DNA of 64,000 nucleotides from NCBI RefSeq assembly GCF_988243305.1, contig NZ_OZ547136.1; one strand, 5' to 3'. Shown piece by piece: positions 57,615 to 64,000 of this stretch (position 1 is its first letter; each line of letters starts with the position of its first letter). The notes under the pieces were generated by a model. It saw only the letters and a program-made list of their open reading frames with translations, ran no database searches and was not told where the DNA came from. The position numbers and the translations under genes were made by a program.

Positions 57615-59594
57615 TCAGAAGCGATAATCCACTGCCATAAAGTAACGACGTCCGTCTTCGTTATAGCTGTAGTCGTCACGACTGAGATCCTTGTCGCCAA
57701 GGTTCAGCACGCCTGCGCGCAGTTTGACGTCTTTAGTCACCTGCCAGGCCGCACCGGTATTCCAGATGGTATAACCGCCCGGTGTTTTAGCCGTCGCGCT
57801 GTCGGCGCGTTTCTGCCCGGTATAGTGACCAGAAACATAGAATGACCAGTCTTCCAGCGCCAGCGGTTTCCAGTCCAGCGTACCGTTAGCGGTATGGAAC
57901 GGCAGATCGGATAAAGGTTTATTTTCGCCGTTGCTGACATCACGACCATCGTTGTAGGTGTAGTTGAGTGACAGTTTCCATTCATCGTTGAACGGAATTT
58001 TCAGTTCGGTTTCCACGCCCTGAATACGAGCTTTGTTAACGTTGTAGTAGCTAAATACCGGCACACCGTTCGCTGTAAAACCAACAAAGTTTTGGTAGCC
58101 TGGTGCAGCATTGACGTCAGACGTACGGCTGATGCTGATACGATCTTTCACATCGTTACGGAAAACGGTAACGCTGGATTCAACCCCTTCCAGCCAGCCT
58201 TCTTCACCCATGTAGTAAAGCCCCAGCTCCCAACTTTCGCTCGTTTCTGGTTTCAGATCCGGGCTACCCACAATCTTACATGCGCCACGGCAAGAATTGC
58301 TCGTCCAGTCAGGGCTAAGTTGCAACAGAGAAGGTGCTTTAAATGCCGTCGCCCAGCCCCCTTTTACCGTTACGGTGTCGGTGGCGTTATAAACCAGGTA
58401 GGCACGCGGACTCCAGTGTTCACCGTAGGTTTCATGATCGTCCATACGTACGCCGGTCGTCAGCGCCAGCGGCTCGAAGATCCGCCATTCATCTTCCACA
58501 AACAGCGCGTACTGGCTGGCAGACGTTTTGGAGCTGGTTCCCCCAGTCAGGTTCACCGCATCGCTAAGTTTGTCGTGACGCCATTCACCGCCAACCGTGA
58601 GAAACTGATTAATCGCCGTCAGCGGCAACGTGTATTTGCCGTCGACCGTATTGCTTTCGGAAGTTATCGGGCTGCTGTTGCCAGGGTTTTTGTTCTCGAC
58701 TTTCTCACCGTAGTATTTCAGTTCGCTGGTGCCGTAATCCCAACGCCCATTATGGCTGACGGATTAGTTCTGGCGTTCCAGGCGGTTTTTGTCCAGCGAG
58801 TCGGAATCACGATCCTGACGGTCGAAACCGTATCCGGCAGTAAAATCGTGATTTTGATTCGGTGTCCAGGCAAATTCGACATTGCCGTCGCGGCTGGAGA
58901 ATCCTTCAATACGCGGCGTTTCTCCGGTATCGGTGGTCGTTGAGTTTTGCGGGTCATCCTTTTCACGTTTTGCCAGGCTGCCGTAAGCTTTCATTCCCAG
59001 CACACCGTCAATTAATGGTCCGCTGGTAAAGAACTGACCGTTATAGGTATCACCGCGATCGCGATGTTCCTGAATGGTGGTATCGACGGTAACGGTACCC
59101 GACCATTTCTGACCGATTTTTTTGGTGATGATATTCACTACACCGCCGAGCGCATCGGAACCGTACAGCGACGACATCGGGCCACGGACCACTTCAATAC
59201 GTTCGATGGAATCGACCGGGATCCAGTTCAGATCGAAATCATTGTGGCGGAAGACGGCATTGCGGGAGTTAACGCGTTTACCGTCGACGAGAATCAGGGT
59301 GTAGCTGCTGTCCAGACCACGAATACTAACGCCCTTACGGTTATCCCCTTCGTTCGTCAGTTGTACGCCAGGCACTTCTTTGAGGACATCCTTCAGATTC
59401 TGTACCGGTTTTCGCTGCAGGTCTTCCTGGGTAATGACGCTGATACTGGCAGGTGCATCTTTAAGGTTTTGTTCAACGGAAGATGCAGTGACAACCATCG
59501 TTTCGCCATCATCATCGACCGCTAACACAGGCCATGCACAAGAAATAGCGGACAAACACAGCCCGACCCGTACGAAAGGGTTCAACCTAAACAT
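57615..59594 (-). pseudogene. cirA: TonB-dependent catecholate siderophore / colicin I receptor interrupted by an in-frame TAA stop at 58764-58766
   Basis: ORF-track pieces 58764..59789 and 57615..58628 are in one frame (58764-57615=1149=3x383); read-through gives ...[30 protein letters not shown]...; signal peptide [25 protein letters not shown] with GGAG RBS; C-terminal ...AVDYRF. Confidence 0.8.
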
Positions 59595-59761
59595 TCCATA
59601 TCTCCATGAGGTAACTACGAAAATAAAATGGGTATCGCTCACATCTTCTTTACGTCCCCTTGCGTACGGCAGCATCGCGGTGGACTTATTTGTATGCAGG
59701 TGATCATCCCAGAAAGCCGGAACAGCCTCTGATTTGTCAGCCTTTTTTGATTGCGGCGTAA

Positions 59762-59790
59762 CGATAATGCAAACGATAACAATTATCAAT
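59762..59790 (-). promoter_or_regulatory. Fur box(es) in cirA promoter region
   Basis: Minus-strand TTGATAATTGTTATCGTTTGCATTATCGT resembles the GATAATGATAATCATTATC Fur consensus. Confidence 0.55.
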
Positions 59791-59833
59791 CCAAATGATA
59801 AATTTTATATCCGCATGATTTGTCAGGGAAATG

Positions 59834-59866
59834 GAATTGAAAAAGCCCTCTCGGTTGAGAGGGCTT
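59834..59866 (-). terminator. Intrinsic terminator of lysP
   Basis: Stem AAGCCCTCT/AGAGGGCTT (59843-59851 / 59858-59866) followed on the minus strand by a T-run. Confidence 0.7.
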
Positions 59867-59885
59867 AGCAAGGAAGGGAGGAAAC

Positions 59886-61355
59886 TTATTTCTTATCGTT
59901 CTGCGGGAACTTCATTTCGCTGTAACGTACGAAGTGTGTTCCTTTAATCAGCTTGTAGCCGAACCAAATAATCAGGAACAGCGGGATACCAATATACGTT
60001 GCCGCTACGCCGCCCCAGTCAATGGTATCTTTCAGGAACGCTTCGTAGTTCTGGCCTAAAGTGATAATCAGACACAGAATGAATGCGAAGATCGGCCCCA
60101 GTGGGAAGAAACCTGAACGGTACGGCAGATCGTTAATGTCGTGTCCCTGCAATACGTAACCGCGACGGAAGCGATAGTGGCTAATGGCAATCCCCAGCCA
60201 GGCGATAAAACCGGTCATCCCGGAGGTGTTCAGCAGCCACAGGTATACCGTCTGGTTGCCAAACATGGAGGTCAGGAAGCACAGACCGGCAATCACCGTC
60301 GTCGCATACAGCGCATTACGCGGCACGCCACCACGCGACAGTTTAGCGAAAATGCGCGGCGCTTTACCGTCACACGCCAGGGTGTACAGCATACGAGTAG
60401 ACGCATACATACCGGAGTTACCCGCTGACAGCACCGCCGTCAGAATAACTGCATTCATCACCGCCGCCGCAGAGAGCAGACCCGCGTGCTGGAACACCAG
60501 GGTGAACGGACTAACGCTGATGTCTTTAACATCGTTACGCAGCAGGCTCGGATCGGTGTACGGAATAATCAGGCTGATAATCAGGATCGCGAACACATAG
60601 AACAACAGGATTCGCCAGAACACCTGACGTACCGCGCGTGGAATGTTTTTCGCCGGATCTTCGGACTCGCCTGCAGCAATACCGATCAGCTCGGTTCCCT
60701 GGAAAGAGAAGCCGACAATCATAGCTACGCCGATCATCGCCGCAAAACCACCAGCAAACGGCGCTTCGCCGATTGTCCAGTTGCTCCAGCCCGCAGGCTG
60801 CGCGCCTTTGAAGATACCGATAATCATCAGCACGCCAACGATGATAAAGACAATAACTGTCGTGACTTTGATCAGTGAGAACCAGTATTCCGCTTCACCA
60901 AAGCCGCGAACTGAGATGTAGTTCAGCAGGAAGATAACGCCGAGGAACAGCGCACTCCAGATCCAGCCCGGTGTATCCGGGAACCACCAGCTCATGACCA
61001 GCTGAGCTGCAACCAGGTCAACGGCGATAGTCACCGCCCAGTTGTACCAGTAGTTCCAGCCCAGCGCGAAGCCAAAGCCTTCTTCAACATAGTTCTGACC
61101 GTAAGTGGCAAACGAACCGGAAACCGGCATATATGCAGCCAGTTCACCGAGACTGGTCATCAGGAAGTAAACCATCAGGCCAATCAACATATACGAGAGC
61201 AATGCCCCGCCCGGACCTGCCTGAGAAATCGTTGCGCCAGAGGCAACAAAAAGACCTGTACCGATGGAACCGCCAATGGCAATCATCGTCAGGTGACGCG
61301 CCTTTAATTCACGGCGTAAGCCCGGCGCTTCTGTAGTTTTAGTTTCGGAACCCAT
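59886..61355 (-). CDS. lysP: Lysine-specific permease, APC family (489 aa)
   Basis: 12-TM amino acid permease ORF (489 aa). Confidence 0.9.
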   Translation of the reverse strand: MGSETKTTEAPGLRRELKARHLTMIAIGGSIGTGLFVASGATISQAGPGGALLSYMLIGLMVYFLMTSLGELAAYMPVSGSFATYGQNYVEEGFGFALGWNYWYNWAVTIAVDLVAAQLVMSWWFPDTPGWIWSALFLGVIFLLNYISVRGFGEAEYWFSLIKVTTVIVFIIVGVLMIIGIFKGAQPAGWSNWTIGEAPFAGGFAAMIGVAMIVGFSFQGTELIGIAAGESEDPAKNIPRAVRQVFWRILLFYVFAILIISLIIPYTDPSLLRNDVKDISVSPFTLVFQHAGLLSAAAVMNAVILTAVLSAGNSGMYASTRMLYTLACDGKAPRIFAKLSRGGVPRNALYATTVIAGLCFLTSMFGNQTVYLWLLNTSGMTGFIAWLGIAISHYRFRRGYVLQGHDINDLPYRSGFFPLGPIFAFILCLIITLGQNYEAFLKDTIDWGGVAATYIGIPLFLIIWFGYKLIKGTHFVRYSEMKFPQNDKK

Positions 61356-61559
61356 ACAAAAATGCTATCCATCTTAAAAATGAGGCGCGATTGTAGCAGA
61401 CGATTGGCAATCCTTCCGGCAGAAATACACGGTTATAAGACACCTTCATGATCGCCCAGGGATTATAAGTAAAGCAGCCAATCTCTTTTCTGGCGAATGC
61501 ATGCTGAGGGCGCTGCGTCACGAAATCGACACAGCACCAGCATGTTCTTGTACAGCAAC

Positions 61560-62441
61560 TTAACGCGGTACATTCGCGGGATCGCAATAGTCCAGAAAGC
61601 GCCGTAGCGCGTTGGAAAGGTGTTTTTGCCGATGATGTATACGCCACAACGTACGCATCAGGCGCGGCAGAGGGACCGCAACTTCACTTAATGTGCCTGC
61701 CTGCAATTGATCTTCAATCACCCGCCGCGACAGGCAACTAATTCCCAACCCATGACGCACCGCATGTTTGATTGCCTCGGAGTTACCTAATTCCATCGCC
61801 ATCTCAAACTTCGGTAAATGTGACAGCAACAGATAATCGACAATCTCCCGCGTGCCGGAGCCGCGTTCACGCAGGATCCACGGCGCAGCGGCCAGCTGTT
61901 CTAAGGTGACAGGTCCACGAGCCAATGGCGAAGTCGGCGCGGCGAAAACCACCAGCTCGTCTTCCAGCCACGGTTCAGAAATGATTTCAGTGCTGTGGCA
62001 CGGTCCTTCAATAAAGCCAATATCAACGCGGAAATCCAGCACCGCTTGCATCACGTCCTGGCTGTTCCCAACGCTAAGTTCAATCGGCAACTGCGGATAA
62101 TCATGGCGATAACGGGCAATGACTGCAGGCAGAATGTAGTTACCGATAGTACTACTGGCATAGATACGAATCGCGCCGTTGTCTTCGCGAAACAGTTGTT
62201 CGATTTCAACCGCCTGTTCAAGCAGTGCCAACGCGCGCGGATAGAGCAGCCGCCCGTGTTCATTAACAACCAGTCTTTTCCCCACGCGATCAAACAGTTG
62301 CACGCCAAGCTGCCCTTCCAGGTCGGTCAAGGCTGCGCTCACTGCTGATTGCGACAACGCCAGCATCACCGACGCCTGGGTGGTTGATCCACTTTTCAAT
62401 ACTTCTGCAAAAACTTCCAACTGCCGGAGGGTGATGTGCAT
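61560..62441 (-). CDS. yeiE: LysR-family transcriptional regulator (293 aa)
   Basis: N-terminal LysR HTH ([24 protein letters not shown]...); divergent from yeiH. Confidence 0.85.
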
Positions 62442-62539
62442 AGTCGCTTACCACTTATAAAGATTAATTATAAATATATAATCAATTTTATTTTTAAACC
62501 AGTTAGTCGTAACCTTATGCCCGGTTAAAGGAGAGGGTT

Positions 62540-63589
62540 ATGACGAATATCACCTTACAGAAACAACATCGTACACTGTGGCATTTTATTCCGGGGTTAG
62601 CCCTGAGTGCAGTTATCACCGGGGTCGCCCTGTGGGGTGGTTCCATTCCCGCGGTTGCGGGTGCCGGGTTTAGTGCCCTCACCCTCGCAATCTTGTTGGG
62701 GATGGTTTTAGGCAACACCATCTATCCGCACATCTGGAAAAGCTGTGACGGTGGCGTGCTGTTTGCCAAGCAATATTTATTACGTCTGGGTATCATTCTT
62801 TATGGCTTCCGTCTGACGTTCTCGCAAATTGCCGATGTCGGTATCAGTGGGATCATCATTGACGTGTTGACGCTGTCCAGTACCTTCCTGCTGGCTTGCT
62901 TCCTGGGGCAGAAAGTGTTTGGTCTGGATAAGCACACCAGCTGGTTGATCGGTGCCGGTAGCAGTATTTGTGGTGCTGCCGCGGTACTGGCGACTGAGCC
63001 GGTAGTGAAAGCGGAAGCCAGTAAAGTAACCGTGGCTGTTGCAACCGTTGTTATCTTCGGGACCGTGGCGATTTTCCTCTACCCGGCGATATATCCGCTG
63101 ATGTCTCAATGGTTTAGTCCGGAAACTTTCGGTATCTACATTGGTTCTACTGTGCACGAAGTGGCGCAGGTGGTGGCGGCAGGTCATGCCATCAGCCCGG
63201 ATGCAGAAAACGCAGCAGTTATTTCCAAAATGCTGCGCGTGATGATGCTGGCTCCGTTCCTCATCCTGCTGGCGGCGCGTGTTAAACAGCTGTCTGGGGC
63301 GAACAGCGGCGAGAAAAGCAAAATCACTATTCCGTGGTTTGCCATCTTGTTCATCGTAGTTGCCATCTTTAACTCGTTCCACCTGTTACCGCAGAGCGTG
63401 GTGAACATGCTGGTAACGCTGGATACCTTCCTGCTGGCAATGGCGATGGCGGCGCTGGGTCTGACCACTCACGTCAGCGCGCTGAAAAAAGCCGGGGCGA
63501 AACCTCTGCTGATGGCACTGGTACTGTTTGCCTGGCTGATTGTTGGTGGTGGTGCGATTAACTATGTGATTCAAAGCGTCATCGCATAA
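62540..63589 (+). CDS. yeiH: Inner membrane protein YeiH (349 aa)
   Basis: Polytopic membrane ORF divergent from the LysR regulator. Confidence 0.85.
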
Positions 63590-63662
63590 ACCACTACATC
63601 TTGCTCCTGTTAACCCGCTATCATTACCGTTTTCCTCCAGCGGGTTTAACAGGAGTCCTCGC

Positions 63663-64000
63663 ATGAAATACATTGGAGCGCACGTTAGTGCTGCTGGCGG
63701 TCTGGCAAATGCCGCAATTCGCGCCGCCGAAATCGACGCAACCGCGTTTGCCTTGTTCACCAAAAACCAACGTCAGTGGCGTGCCGCACCGCTCACGACG
63801 CAAACCATCGATGAATTCAAAGCCGCCTGTGAAAAATATCACTACACATCGGCGCAAATTCTTCCCCACGACAGTTATCTGATTAACCTCGGACATCCGG
63901 TCGCTGAAGCTCTGGAAAAATCGCGCGATGCGTTTATAGATGAAATGCAGCGTTGCGAACAGCTGGGGCTTTCTTTGCTCAACTTCCACCCTGGCAGCCA
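63663..64000 (+). CDS. nfo: Endonuclease IV, 5' portion (partial; runs off window end)
   Basis: [39 protein letters not shown]...; no stop before the window end. Confidence 0.9.

Noticed and set aside
58092-58943. 283-aa plus-strand ORF spanning the cirA stop-codon region
   Set aside because: Antisense frame of cirA; does not explain the split and has no coding-like features.
62780-63382. 200-aa minus-strand ORF within yeiH
   Set aside because: Antisense shadow ORF; composition atypical for a protein.

Overview
This window reads as a contiguous Escherichia coli chromosomal segment (non-K-12 lineage) syntenic with the K-12 rcnB-yehABCDE-mrp-metG-molR/yehHI-yehLMPQ-btsSR-mlrA-osmF/yehYXW-bglX-dld-pbpG-yohCDF-mdtQ-dusC-yohJK-cdd-sanA-preTA-mglBAC-galS-folE-yeiG-cirA-lysP-yeiEH-nfo region. 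All calls rest on reading the supplied ORF translations and the raw sequence by eye, with no database search. About 55 protein-coding genes are supported, and no rRNA, tRNA, CRISPR array or IS/transposase was seen. The best candidate for an under-described system is the yehH/yehI plus yehLMPQ block (9.3-24.2 kb): two tandem giant paralogs followed by a translationally coupled MoxR-ATPase / large unknown protein / vWA / tandem-SWIM operon. Other notable points: a 29-codon ZorO-like type I toxin gene with a divergent OrzO-like antitoxin sRNA between yehK and yehL, missed by the ORF track; in-frame TAA stop codons interrupting the fimbrial usher yehB and the TonB-dependent receptor cirA; and intact yehH (molR) and mdtQ, which I recall as pseudogenes in K-12. 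Small membrane-peptide genes yohO and yohP, REP elements, intrinsic terminators and CRP/GalS/Fur sites are also annotated.
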